Source of the DNA: an uncultured bacterium
GTDB taxonomy: Bacteria > Zixibacteria > MSB-5A5 > UBA10806
Length of the DNA stretch: 64,000 nucleotides
Assembly (NCBI GenBank): GCA_965541585.1
Contig: CBEUCH010000001.1
Span: forward strand, 352,001-416,000
Direction of reading: 5' to 3'
Shown: piece by piece, positions 54,990-64,000 of the stretch
Layout: each line of letters begins with the position of its first letter
Numbering within the stretch: the stretch's first letter is position 1
Made by a program: the position numbers and the translations under genes
Notes under the pieces: generated by a model
What the model was told of the DNA's origin: nothing
The model's input: the letters and a program-made list of their open reading frames with translations, nothing else
Databases searched by the model: none

Positions 54990-57521
54990 ATGGCAAAGCT
55001 GACCATCGAGATTGACGGGGCCCGAATTGAATGTTCCCCGGGAAAGACAATTCTCGAGGCGGCCGATTCGTCGGGCATTTATATCCCGCGCCTGTGCTAT
55101 CACCCCGACCTGTCACCAACCGGCGAGGTACCCCGGGTAGACTCCATCTATCAGGCAGATGTTAAAATCTCCGGAGAGAGGCCGGGTATTGCGACTGGGG
55201 AAGAGACCCATTGCAATTTATGCTTGGTCGAGGTCGCCGGGTGCTCCGAACCTGTGAATTCCTGTATCACTGCCGTCGAGGATGGCATGGTCGTGCGAGC
55301 GAATACGGAAAATATAAGAAATCTGCGAAAAGGAGCTTTAAGCAAGATTCTCGCCGACCATCCTCACGCCTGCCTGACCTGCGCCCAGAAGGAGGGATGC
55401 AGCAGAACTGAATGCTCGTTGAATGTCCCGACGGATGAGCGGTGTTGTATCCTTCTCGGTCACTGCGAATTGGAAAAGGTGGCCGATTGCATCGGTATCC
55501 CTCCCGATACTTTAAAATATAAGCCGAAGCATTACCCCGTAGTCAAAAGCGACCCCTTGTTCGACAGGGATTTTAATCTCTGCATCAATTGTCTGCGTTG
55601 CGTAAGAGTCTGCAGCGATATTAGAGGTGTGAATGCATTGGGCACTGTATGGAAGGATGGTCGCTTCTGGGTGGGAACGGTTGGGGGCGCTAAGCTCAAT
55701 GAGACTGACTGCCGGTTCTGCGGCGCCTGTGTTGAGGTTTGCCCTACAGGGGCGCTACTTGATAAAGAGGGTGTTCCCGCAATTCGAAAAGATGTCCCGG
55801 TTCCCTGCGTCGGGAGTTGCCCGGCAGGCATAGATATCCCCCACTACGTACAATTGATAGCAAAGGGCAGAAATCGCGAGGCGCTGGAACTGATTCGAGC
55901 TCGCGTGCCGTTCCCCGGTATCCTCGGTTATGTATGTTTCCATCCCTGCGAAGATGTCTGCCGGCGGGGAGAGATCGATCAACCGATAGCTATATGCGCT
56001 TTGAAACGTTTTGTGGCGGATTATGCAAATGACGGAGATCTACTGCAGGTCGAGAAACAACCAGATAAAGGAAGAAAAATAGCGGTTATAGGTTCAGGCC
56101 CCACTGGCCTTACTGCGGCCTATTACCTATGCGTTTCGGGGTATCAGGTTGATCTCTATGATGATGCCGATAAACCGGGCGGCATGTTACGCTATGGCAT
56201 TCCCGACTATCGTCTTCCTCCGGAGATTCTGGAGCGGGAATTAAAGATCATGGATAAGATGGGTATTAATTTTATAATGAATCAGAGAATCGACAGCCAT
56301 TTCGGGATTCCTGAGCTTAAAGCCGGCGGTTTCGATGCAATTCTGATAGCAGCGGGAGTATCGACAAGCAAGAAACTGTCCCTTCCTGACTCCGATCTTG
56401 AGGGAATATTCAAGGGGCTGGAATTCTTAAGATCAGCTAAAATATCTCATGAGCCTCAACTGACGGGCAAGGTAGTGGTCATTGGCGGTGGTAACGTTGC
56501 TATCGATGCCGCCATGACGGCCTTGCGTCTGGGTGCAAACAACATTAATCTTGTATGTCTCGAATCGCGGGAGGAAATGCCCGCTCATGAATGGGAGATA
56601 AATCAGGCAATAGAGGAAGGTGTGGAGATTCATTCGTCGTGGGGGCCTGGGGAATTCAAATCCCGGAATAACAGGGTATCGGGCGTGGAACTGGTTAGAT
56701 GCACAAGGGTAGTAGATGAGCAGGGTCGGTTTGATCCGCAATACGATGAAGATGAAACCAGCCATATTGATGCTGATTATGTGATTATTACAATCGGTCA
56801 GGAAATCGACCGGGGGCTCTTCGAACATGTTGCAAATCTTCAAAAGGGTCCGGGACAGCCATTGAAGGTAGATGAGAATCTGGCAACCGGCATTGACGGG
56901 GTTTTTGCTGCTGGGGACGTTGTGCGCGGACCATCGTCGGTGGTGGAGGCCATAGCCGACGGACGGAAGGCGGCGGAGGCCATAGATCGATATCTGGGTG
57001 GCGACGGCATTTGTGAGATTATTCTTGATCTGGCCGGCCTCGACTCTCCCATTCTGGGTAGTTCCGGCGATTCGATTAAGCGTCCGAGGCAAACTGCAAA
57101 AATAGCCGCCCCTGTGGAGCGAAAATCGGGATTCGGTCCGATCGAGGAAACATTTCAGGAACAGGCAGCGAAATATGAAGCAGAAAGATGCCTGCAATGT
57201 CAATTACGGCAGATGATTACGCCGGTCATCCTGCCGCCAGAAAGGTGGTTATCTCTGGATAAAGAGGGGGTGGAATCCATACCTGATTCAGAGGGCGTTT
57301 TTCAGTTGCTCGACGCTGAGAAGAAGGTAATCAGGATTTCGGGAACCGCAAATCTGCGGCAGGGCCTGTCGGAATGTCTGGAAAATCCGGGCGATGGGGC
57401 TTATTTTATATGTGAAGAAGATCCCATGTATACCAAGCGGGAGAGTGAATTGATTCAGAAATATCTTCAGGAACACGGAAGGCTACCGGTCGGCAATGAT
57501 ATGGGAGACGAGTTATTCTGA
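54990..57521 (+). CDS. bzdV: BzdV-like FeS/FAD NAD(P)H:ferredoxin oxidoreductase (2Fe-2S + 4Fe-4S + GltD-like domains)
   Basis: IPRLCYHP, CINCLRCVRVC, CRFCGACVEVCP, CPAGIDIP, GSGPTG and GGGNVAID motifs, plus cluster position. Confidence 0.75.
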   Translation: MAKLTIEIDGARIECSPGKTILEAADSSGIYIPRLCYHPDLSPTGEVPRVDSIYQADVKISGERPGIATGEETHCNLCLVEVAGCSEPVNSCITAVEDGMVVRANTENIRNLRKGALSKILADHPHACLTCAQKEGCSRTECSLNVPTDERCCILLGHCELEKVADCIGIPPDTLKYKPKHYPVVKSDPLFDRDFNLCINCLRCVRVCSDIRGVNALGTVWKDGRFWVGTVGGAKLNETDCRFCGACVEVCPTGALLDKEGVPAIRKDVPVPCVGSCPAGIDIPHYVQLIAKGRNREALELIRARVPFPGILGYVCFHPCEDVCRRGEIDQPIAICALKRFVADYANDGDLLQVEKQPDKGRKIAVIGSGPTGLTAAYYLCVSGYQVDLYDDADKPGGMLRYGIPDYRLPPEILERELKIMDKMGINFIMNQRIDSHFGIPELKAGGFDAILIAAGVSTSKKLSLPDSDLEGIFKGLEFLRSAKISHEPQLTGKVVVIGGGNVAIDAAMTALRLGANNINLVCLESREEMPAHEWEINQAIEEGVEIHSSWGPGEFKSRNNRVSGVELVRCTRVVDEQGRFDPQYDEDETSHIDADYVIITIGQEIDRGLFEHVANLQKGPGQPLKVDENLATGIDGVFAAGDVVRGPSSVVEAIADGRKAAEAIDRYLGGDGICEIILDLAGLDSPILGSSGDSIKRPRQTAKIAAPVERKSGFGPIEETFQEQAAKYEAERCLQCQLRQMITPVILPPERWLSLDKEGVESIPDSEGVFQLLDAEKKVIRISGTANLRQGLSECLENPGDGAYFICEEDPMYTKRESELIQKYLQEHGRLPVGNDMGDELF

Positions 57522-57778
57522 TGGCAACCGGCATAATAGATAGGTTGAAGGCCGATGGCTGGGAGCAACAATTCACCGCCTCCGGGGCTCGATTGGAGGA
57601 GGCCGTGGACAATTACAGGGCCCTGGGATTCGAGGTCAAAACTGTTCCGGTGAAGGAGCTCGGGGGCAACGGTTGTACAATCTGTTTCGATGATGAAAAC
57701 GATATTAGTATGATGATTTTCACAAGAAAAGCGGGCATTCGGCAGAGTAATGAATTATTTTCAGATAATGGTGGTTAG
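57521..57778 (+). CDS. Small hypothetical protein with CxxC, in the bzd cluster
   Basis: 85-aa ORF overlapping the upstream stop codon, with GWEQQF..RLEEAVDNYRALGFEV..CTIC. Confidence 0.7.
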   Translation: MATGIIDRLKADGWEQQFTASGARLEEAVDNYRALGFEVKTVPVKELGGNGCTICFDDENDISMMIFTRKAGIRQSNELFSDNGG

Positions 57779-57835
57779 TTCCAGCCGGGATTTTCTTGCG
57801 ATGGAGATTGTTGTTGTGAGTGAAAGGAGTATTCG

Positions 57836-58858
57836 ATGAAAGCGGCAGTATTTTACGGTCCGGGTCACCCGTTGAAGATAGAGGAAGTTCCCACTCCGGA
57901 ACCAATTGCCGGGCAGGTCTTGATCAAGACGGCCGCCTGTGGTGTATGCCATACGGATTTGCATTATATAGATCACGGGGTACCGACTTTCAAGAAACCG
58001 CCTCTCATTCTGGGTCATGAGCCCTCGGGGACAATAGCCGGCCTGGGGAAAGATGTCAGCGGTTTTAAGGAAGGCGATAGGGTTCTGGCGCCGGCTGTCC
58101 TGACCTGTGGTAAATGTGAATTCTGCCGCACCGGGCGTGAAAATATATGTGCCGCTATGGTGATGTTCGGCAACAATATCGACGGCGCCTATGCCGAGTA
58201 TTTTCTCGCTCCCGCCAAAGATATTTTCCATCTGCCGGACGAAATACCTCTGCAAGAAGGTTCTATTATAGCCGACGCTATATCCACACCTTTTCATGCT
58301 ATCAAGAACCGGGCGGAAGTTAAACCGGGCGATACTGTTGTCATTCTTGGTTGCGGCGGAGTCGGCATAAATCTTGTCCAGATGGCGGCCGCGGTCGGAG
58401 GATCGGTTATCGCCGTCGATATATCGCCGGAGAAGCTCGAATGGGCTAAAAAACTGGGTGCCGACATTACAATAAATCCATCGGAGGATGAAAACTGGAC
58501 GAAAAGCGTCAAAAAAATGACCGGCGGCGGGGCGGATATCGCTATCGAGGCAATTGGCAATCCATCCACCATCGAGACGGCGTTCAATACCTTGAGGAGC
58601 GGCGGCCGGCTAGTTGTGCTGGGCTATACCCACAAAAATATTTCGCTTAACGCCGGCAAGATCATGTTTCGTGAGATGGAAGTAGTGGGGTCGCTCGGAT
58701 GTCGTCCCGTTGATTATCCGAAACTGATCGAGCTTTGCCGTCTGGGGAAGATAAAGGTCAAGGAGCTGGTGACAGGCAGATTTCCGCTCGACAAGATAAA
58801 CGACACTTTTGACATCCTGAGGAAAGGTGAAGGGCTGAGGTCTATTATAACTTTTTGA
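57836..58858 (+). CDS. Zn-dependent alcohol dehydrogenase, probable 6-hydroxycyclohex-1-ene-1-carbonyl-CoA dehydrogenase (Had/BzdX)
   Basis: CGVCHTDL, LGHE, CGKCEFC..C, ADAISTP and GSLGC motifs, plus cluster context. Confidence 0.8.
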   Translation: MKAAVFYGPGHPLKIEEVPTPEPIAGQVLIKTAACGVCHTDLHYIDHGVPTFKKPPLILGHEPSGTIAGLGKDVSGFKEGDRVLAPAVLTCGKCEFCRTGRENICAAMVMFGNNIDGAYAEYFLAPAKDIFHLPDEIPLQEGSIIADAISTPFHAIKNRAEVKPGDTVVILGCGGVGINLVQMAAAVGGSVIAVDISPEKLEWAKKLGADITINPSEDENWTKSVKKMTGGGADIAIEAIGNPSTIETAFNTLRSGGRLVVLGYTHKNISLNAGKIMFREMEVVGSLGCRPVDYPKLIELCRLGKIKVKELVTGRFPLDKINDTFDILRKGEGLRSIITF

Positions 58859-58894
58859 TTTAATGTGAAGTTTTCTTCATAGAGGATTAAGGAC

Positions 58895-60040
58895 ATGAAT
58901 TTTGAATTAACGGAAGATCAACTGGCGGTCCGGGATGTAGCCCGGGGTTTCGCAGAGAAGAAGTTGAAACCGAGGGCCGAGGAGTTCGATGCCGAATCGA
59001 AAATGGATACGGGCCTGATAAAGGAGATGGGGAAGCTGGGTCTTTTGGGAATCGCACTACCGGAGGAGCATGGCGGCGGCGGCATGGATACCGTTTCGTA
59101 CATGGTTGCGGTGGAGGAATTATCCAGAGGATGTCCATCCCACGCGGCGGTACTGGCATTGCATAATTCACTCTATGGTGATCCGATCGTCCGGTTCGGG
59201 ACTGACGAGCAGAAAAAAAAGTATCTTCCCGGCGTGTGCAGCGGGGATCAAATCGGTGCATTTGCGCTTTCGGAACCGGGGGCGGGTTCGGATGCTGCCG
59301 CTCTCGCGACTACGTATGTGAAAAAGGATAATGGTTTCATTATAAACGGCACTAAAATATTTATCACCATGGGCTCACTGGCGGATAGTGTGATTGTATT
59401 TGCCACATCGAAAAAGGGTTCCGGTCCGAAGGGGATCACGGCATTTTTGGTGGATAAGGGAACCGAAGGATTCGGGATCGGTACCATTGAAAAGAAAATG
59501 GGATTCAAGGCGTCACCGACAACGGAGATGATTTTTGATGATTGCTTCGTACCCGGCGAGAATATTCTCGGTGACGAGGGCCAGGGATTTAACATCGCCA
59601 TGTCCACGTTGGATTGCGGAAGGATCAGCGCGGGAGCGCTTGCCGTTGGTATTTCCCAAGCCGCATTCGATATAGCCCTGCAGTATTCGAAACAGCGTGA
59701 GCAGTTCGGCAAACCGATATCTGCATTTCAAGCGATTCAGTTCCATCTGGCGGATATGTCGATCATGATAGAAAACGCCCGGCTTCAGGTTTACCGGGCG
59801 GCCTGGTTAAAGGACCAGGGTCGACCGTATTCGCTACAGTCGGCGCAGGCCAAGGTTTACGCCTCCGAGATATCATCGCAGGTGACCCACAGGGCGATTC
59901 AGATTCTGGGCGGTTACGGATATATGCGGGAATACCATGTCGAGAGGATGTATCGGGATGCCAGAGTTACGGAGTTGTTCGAAGGCACATCGGAGATACA
60001 GCGGCTGGTAATTGCCAGGCAACTGCTGAAAGAGAAATGA
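58895..60040 (+). CDS. Acyl-CoA dehydrogenase
   Basis: FALSEPGAGSD, NGTKIFIT, QREQFG, QILGGYGY and FEGTSEIQ motifs. Confidence 0.95.
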   Translation: MNFELTEDQLAVRDVARGFAEKKLKPRAEEFDAESKMDTGLIKEMGKLGLLGIALPEEHGGGGMDTVSYMVAVEELSRGCPSHAAVLALHNSLYGDPIVRFGTDEQKKKYLPGVCSGDQIGAFALSEPGAGSDAAALATTYVKKDNGFIINGTKIFITMGSLADSVIVFATSKKGSGPKGITAFLVDKGTEGFGIGTIEKKMGFKASPTTEMIFDDCFVPGENILGDEGQGFNIAMSTLDCGRISAGALAVGISQAAFDIALQYSKQREQFGKPISAFQAIQFHLADMSIMIENARLQVYRAAWLKDQGRPYSLQSAQAKVYASEISSQVTHRAIQILGGYGYMREYHVERMYRDARVTELFEGTSEIQRLVIARQLLKEK

Positions 60041-60053
60041 TAGATTCTTTAAA

Positions 60054-60599
60054 ATGAAAGAGATCACGTTTTACGGACGGGGCGGACAGGGGGCGGTGGT
60101 TGCCTCCGAGATCCTGGCCAACGCATATTTCAAGGAGGGATACCAGGTGCAGAGTTTTCCATCGTTCGGGGTGGAGCGTCGCGGAGCGCCGGTTACAGCC
60201 TTTCTGCGGATCGACAGGGAATTTATTTACCTGAGAAGTATGATATATAAGGCGGATATGGCAATCGTGCTGGCCCCCGATATTGTGAATTCTCCAACCT
60301 TCATACCGTCGCTGAAGAATGATGCCGTGATAATAGTAAATTCAAAAGAGGAATTAAAGGAATTATCGGAATATCGAGTTTATTTTGTGGATGCAACCGG
60401 GATCGCCGTTGAGCACGGGCTGGGATCCAGCGCCCAACCGCTGGTAAACACAGCCTTGCTGGGGGCATTTGCAAAGATAAGCGGCAACCTTGGTCTGGAT
60501 AATTTACTGCATGCGGTAGAGAAACAGGTACCGCAAAAAACCGATCAGAATATTCAGGCGGCAAGAAAGGCGTACGACTCGGTGGTGGGAGATGAGTAA
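60054..60599 (+). CDS. 2-oxoacid:acceptor oxidoreductase gamma subunit (PorG/PadE-like)
   Basis: GRGGQGAV, FGVERRGAP and NTALLGA motifs. Confidence 0.92.
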   Translation: MKEITFYGRGGQGAVVASEILANAYFKEGYQVQSFPSFGVERRGAPVTAFLRIDREFIYLRSMIYKADMAIVLAPDIVNSPTFIPSLKNDAVIIVNSKEELKELSEYRVYFVDATGIAVEHGLGSSAQPLVNTALLGAFAKISGNLGLDNLLHAVEKQVPQKTDQNIQAARKAYDSVVGDE

Positions 60600-62235
60600 A
60601 CTCATAGTATTCAAGACCGTCGATGAGATGCCGGAGATGGCGGTCAGCCGTCAATCGATGAGCTGGAATAAGACCGGCTCCTGGCGCTCATCCACTCCCG
60701 TCCACAGAGATCAATTACCGCCATGCAATTACAACTGTCCCGCGGGTGAAGATATCCGCGGCTATATGGAACTAGTGAAAGATAAGAAGATCAAGGAGGC
60801 CTTCGAACTGTTGACTCAGGCGAATCCGCTACCCGCAGTTTGTGGCAGGGTTTGTTATCATCCCTGTCAGGCTGATTGTAATCGTCAAGGGTTCGATCTT
60901 TCCATCCGTATACGTCTGATAGAAAAATTCCTCGGGGACTGGGCGATCGACAATAAAGCCTCGCCGCCCGTATCAAAGAAAACGTCCAAAAAGATCGCAG
61001 TGATTGGGGCAGGGCCTGCCGGTCTGGCAGCTGCGTATTACCTGCGCAGGGAAGGGCTATCAGTAACGATATATGATGAAAACCAGCTGCCCGGCGGAAT
61101 TCTTCATTATGGCATCCCGTCATATCGGCTTGCAAAGGAAGTGCTGGCCGCCGAACTCTCAAGGATTCTGAGGGGAATAGAATTGAAATCAAATATGCGG
61201 TTGGGTTCCGATGTGGATGCAGGGCACCTGCTGGAATATGACGCAGTCTTTCTGGCTACAGGTGCGCATCTTTCAAAGAGGATGAATATCGAAGGGGAAG
61301 ATTTACCTGGAGTTGAAGCGGGCCTTGATTTCTTGAAAGAGGTGAACTCCGATGCCAGGATCGATCTGAAAGATAAAAAGGTTGTTGTTGTCGGCGGCGG
61401 CAATACTGCCTGCGATGTTGCCCGCACGGCCTACCGCCTGGGCGGTGATGTAAGTTTGGTTTACAGGAGAACCGAAAAGGAGATGCCCGCTTTTGCAGAT
61501 GAGATCGAGGATCTTAAATCGGAACCGGTAAAGACTGAATTTCTTGCAGCGCCGTTGAGGATAGAGAAAAACGACGATGGGACTCTCAAGATTGTTTTTT
61601 CGAGGATGAGACTCGGCGAACCGGATGAAACCGGCAGAGCCAGGCCCTTGCCGATAGAGGGATCGGATTTCTACTTGCAGGCAGATAAAGTATATTCCGC
61701 CATAGGGGAGGACCCTGATCTATCGTTCTTTCCCGAGGTACGGGTGGAGAGAAAAGACATCTTTGATTTTTCAGGTGTGGATAGGCGATTGAGCAATAAA
61801 CTTTTTGTCGGAGGAGACATTCTGCCCAATCCCAGGACCGTGCCTCATGCGGTAGGCTCAGGACGGCTGGCGGCTCTTAAGATTAGTGCATTCCTTAAGG
61901 GCGAGATCTTTAAAAAGCCGAGCGATATCGTCGAAATAGCGGGTCCGGATGACATAAATAACGCCTATTTCACCTGTATCAACGCTAAGAAATGGGAAAA
62001 GAATATTATTGTCGATGGCCGGATTCCCGATACGGATGCGGCCGTTAAGGAGGCCAGCCGTTGTTTTTCCTGCGGCGTCTGCAACAAATGTGATAATTGC
62101 TACAATTTCTGCCCCGATATGGCGGTAATTAAAACCGAAAGCGGTTATCATGTAAGTCTCGATTATTGCAAGGGATGCGGTATCTGCGCTGAGGAGTGTC
62201 CGCGTGGATCATTGAAGATGGAGTGTGGTAGTTGA
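60592..62235 (+). CDS. Fusion of the 2-oxoacid oxidoreductase delta (ferredoxin) subunit with a GltD-like FAD/NAD(P) domain
   Basis: PorD-like N terminus (KTGSWR..P), GltD core (CPAGEDI, CGRVCYHPC, GAGPAG, GGGNTA) and C-terminal CNKCDNCYNFCP / CKGCGICAEECP. Confidence 0.85.
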   Translation: MSKLIVFKTVDEMPEMAVSRQSMSWNKTGSWRSSTPVHRDQLPPCNYNCPAGEDIRGYMELVKDKKIKEAFELLTQANPLPAVCGRVCYHPCQADCNRQGFDLSIRIRLIEKFLGDWAIDNKASPPVSKKTSKKIAVIGAGPAGLAAAYYLRREGLSVTIYDENQLPGGILHYGIPSYRLAKEVLAAELSRILRGIELKSNMRLGSDVDAGHLLEYDAVFLATGAHLSKRMNIEGEDLPGVEAGLDFLKEVNSDARIDLKDKKVVVVGGGNTACDVARTAYRLGGDVSLVYRRTEKEMPAFADEIEDLKSEPVKTEFLAAPLRIEKNDDGTLKIVFSRMRLGEPDETGRARPLPIEGSDFYLQADKVYSAIGEDPDLSFFPEVRVERKDIFDFSGVDRRLSNKLFVGGDILPNPRTVPHAVGSGRLAALKISAFLKGEIFKKPSDIVEIAGPDDINNAYFTCINAKKWEKNIIVDGRIPDTDAAVKEASRCFSCGVCNKCDNCYNFCPDMAVIKTESGYHVSLDYCKGCGICAEECPRGSLKMECGS

Positions 62236-63386
62236 AGAGGGTTATCTCCGGAAACGAGGCGGTCTCGGTAGCATTGAAGCTTTCCCGGGTACAGGTAATA
62301 TCCGCCTACCCCATAACGCCTCAGACGACCATCGCAGAGAAGCTCTCGGAGATATGCGGCTCGGGGGAACTGGATGCCAGATTCGTCAAGGTCGAGTCGG
62401 AGCATTCGGCCATGGCAACACTGATCGGGGCGGCATCGACAGGAGCACGTACCTTTACGGCAACATCTGCGCAGGGTCTGGCATTGATGCAAGAGTTACT
62501 GTTCTGGGCCTCGGGGGCAAGGTTGCCAATAGTGCTGGTCGATGTCAACCGCGCTATGGCTGCTCCCTGGACAATCTGGTGCGACCAGACCGATTCAGTG
62601 GCGCAGCGGGATACCGGCCTTATGCAGTTTTACTGCTGGTCCAACCAGGAGATCTTAGACAGTGTAATCTGCGCTTTCAAAATCGCCGAAGCGCTTTTGA
62701 TACCATGTATGATCTGCTACGATGGCTTTTTCATCTCTCACACTCATGAGGCGGTGGAAATTCCAGATCAGGATGAAATCGATAAATTCCTTCCCCGAAG
62801 AGAGGGGGGCAACCTGCTCGATACGAAGGACCCGCAGACCTTTTCGGGCGGCACCCTGCCTAATAATTTCATGGAGTTTCGCTATAAGCTCCAGAGATCA
62901 TTTGAAAGGGCGCAGGAGGAAATTGACAATACATATGAAGAATTCGGGAATAAGTTCGGCCGTCAGTATAAAGGTATCAAGCCATATTTTATCGATGATG
63001 CCGATTCGGTACTCGTAGCTTCCGGCTCGGCGTCATCGACGGCTTTTCATACTGTACGAAACATGCGCAACGCGGGGAGGAAAGCGGGACTTTTAAGAAT
63101 CCGGCAGTTAAGGCCCTTTCCGCAGGCTGAGTTTCTGTCGTTATTGAGACCGGACGTATCGTATGGGATTCTGGATCGCAATCTCTCGCCCGGTGCAGGA
63201 GGTGTGTTCACCCAGGAAATAAGGGCGATTCTAAGTCGCAACGGAAGGCAAAACAGGGTGAGTGAATTCATAGCTGGATTGGGCGGAAGAGATATTACTG
63301 CGGAGAATATCGAGCTGATTTTTGACAGGCTGGCTGATAGCGAAATCGATAGATCGGAGATACAATGGATCGGCTTGAAAGATTGA
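62232..63386 (+). CDS. 2-oxoacid:acceptor oxidoreductase alpha subunit
   Basis: SGNEAV, AYPITPQT, VESEHSAM, TATSAQGL and GLGGRD motifs. Confidence 0.93.
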   Translation: MKRVISGNEAVSVALKLSRVQVISAYPITPQTTIAEKLSEICGSGELDARFVKVESEHSAMATLIGAASTGARTFTATSAQGLALMQELLFWASGARLPIVLVDVNRAMAAPWTIWCDQTDSVAQRDTGLMQFYCWSNQEILDSVICAFKIAEALLIPCMICYDGFFISHTHEAVEIPDQDEIDKFLPRREGGNLLDTKDPQTFSGGTLPNNFMEFRYKLQRSFERAQEEIDNTYEEFGNKFGRQYKGIKPYFIDDADSVLVASGSASSTAFHTVRNMRNAGRKAGLLRIRQLRPFPQAEFLSLLRPDVSYGILDRNLSPGAGGVFTQEIRAILSRNGRQNRVSEFIAGLGGRDITAENIELIFDRLADSEIDRSEIQWIGLKD

Positions 63387-63436
63387 TTATAGAAAGCGTT
63401 TTGCGGATTTGGCCTTACTGAGGGTAACAGAATAAT

Positions 63437-64000
63437 ATGCCAGGATACGAGTTTTTTGTTGAAAGCGATTATTGCGGCCACATGGCCTGCCCGGGTTGCG
63501 GAGAGAAGATTATACTAAGACACATTCTCGGCTCCCTGGGGCCGGAGACTGTGATAGTATCGCCGGCGGGTTGTGCTGCTGTTACTGATGGTGTCTTTCC
63601 GCACTCGGTTTCGCCGGTGCCATTCCTGCACGTGCCGTTCGGGGCCACTGCCTCGGCGGCTGCCGGTGTTCGCGCCGGGCTGGATATGTTAGGACGCCAC
63701 GATGTAACAGTCCTGGCCTGGGCGGGCGACGGGGCCACGTTCGACATAGGTATGGGCCCATTATCCGCGGTGGCGGAGAGAAATGAGAATATTCTATACG
63801 TCTGCTATGACAACGAGGCTTATATGAATACGGGCGTACAGCGCAGTTCGGCGACCCCTTTCGGAAGCTGGACCACAACCACCCCCGAGGGACAATTGAA
63901 AAAGGAGCCCAAGAAAAATATTGATTTTATATTGGCGTCGCATAAGATCCCGTATGTCGCTACATGCTCCCCCGCGTTCATCGATGATATGAAGTCCAAG
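63437..64000 (+). CDS. 2-oxoacid:acceptor oxidoreductase beta (TPP-binding) subunit, 3' truncated by the window
   Basis: Not in the ORF track. Manual translation from ATG 63437 gives GHMACPGCG, PAGC, WAGDGATFDIG and YDNEAYMNTGVQRS, open to the window end. Confidence 0.92.
   Translation, partial: MPGYEFFVESDYCGHMACPGCGEKIILRHILGSLGPETVIVSPAGCAAVTDGVFPHSVSPVPFLHVPFGATASAAAGVRAGLDMLGRHDVTVLAWAGDGATFDIGMGPLSAVAERNENILYVCYDNEAYMNTGVQRSSATPFGSWTTTTPEGQLKKEPKKNIDFILASHKIPYVATCSPAFIDDMKSK

Noticed and set aside
57230..57521. GIY-YIG-like tail of BzdV as a homing endonuclease or mobile element
   Set aside because: The motif is degenerate (GVFQL..IRISG), in frame with the oxidoreductase, and lacks intein or intron signatures.
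1..64000. CRISPR arrays, rRNA, IS elements, selenocysteine read-through, and the many short antisense/alternate-frame ORFs in the track
   Set aside because: I saw no regularly spaced repeats, transposase motifs or TGA-interrupted conserved genes. The short ORFs are shadows of well-supported genes.

Overview
Gene-dense, roughly 50% GC chromosomal segment from an anaerobic diderm bacterium, as judged from porins, an Omp85 protein, Tat substrates and a glycyl radical enzyme. From left to right: (1) the end of an HAO-family multiheme cytochrome c, tRNA-Glu(CTC) and an RRM protein; (2) a hypD-like glycyl radical enzyme with its activase; (3) a ~15 kb co-oriented minus-strand locus encoding a hybrid histidine kinase, a PAP2 phosphatase, an Omp85 barrel, a lipoprotein with intact protein-kinase-like motifs, an exported metallophosphoesterase, two NTT (ATP/ADP translocase family) carriers (one with HEAT repeats), a cNMP-binding protein and a receiver protein. 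This is the best candidate for an undescribed system: I infer an extracytoplasmic kinase/phosphatase system fed with ATP by NTT carriers; (4) a porin-porin-FeS-molybdoenzyme-TorD locus with no membrane anchor, followed by a Moco/Tuco-like RNA leader and moaA-mobB; (5) a long GlpX-like gene, two more Moco clusters and a VIT/vWA gene; (6) a ~22 kb anaerobic benzoyl-CoA degradation cluster (bzdNOPQM-type class I reductase, TetR-regulated) ending in a 2-oxoacid:acceptor oxidoreductase that runs off the window. No CRISPR array, rRNA, transposase or integrase was seen. All calls come from motif recognition by eye; no searches were run.
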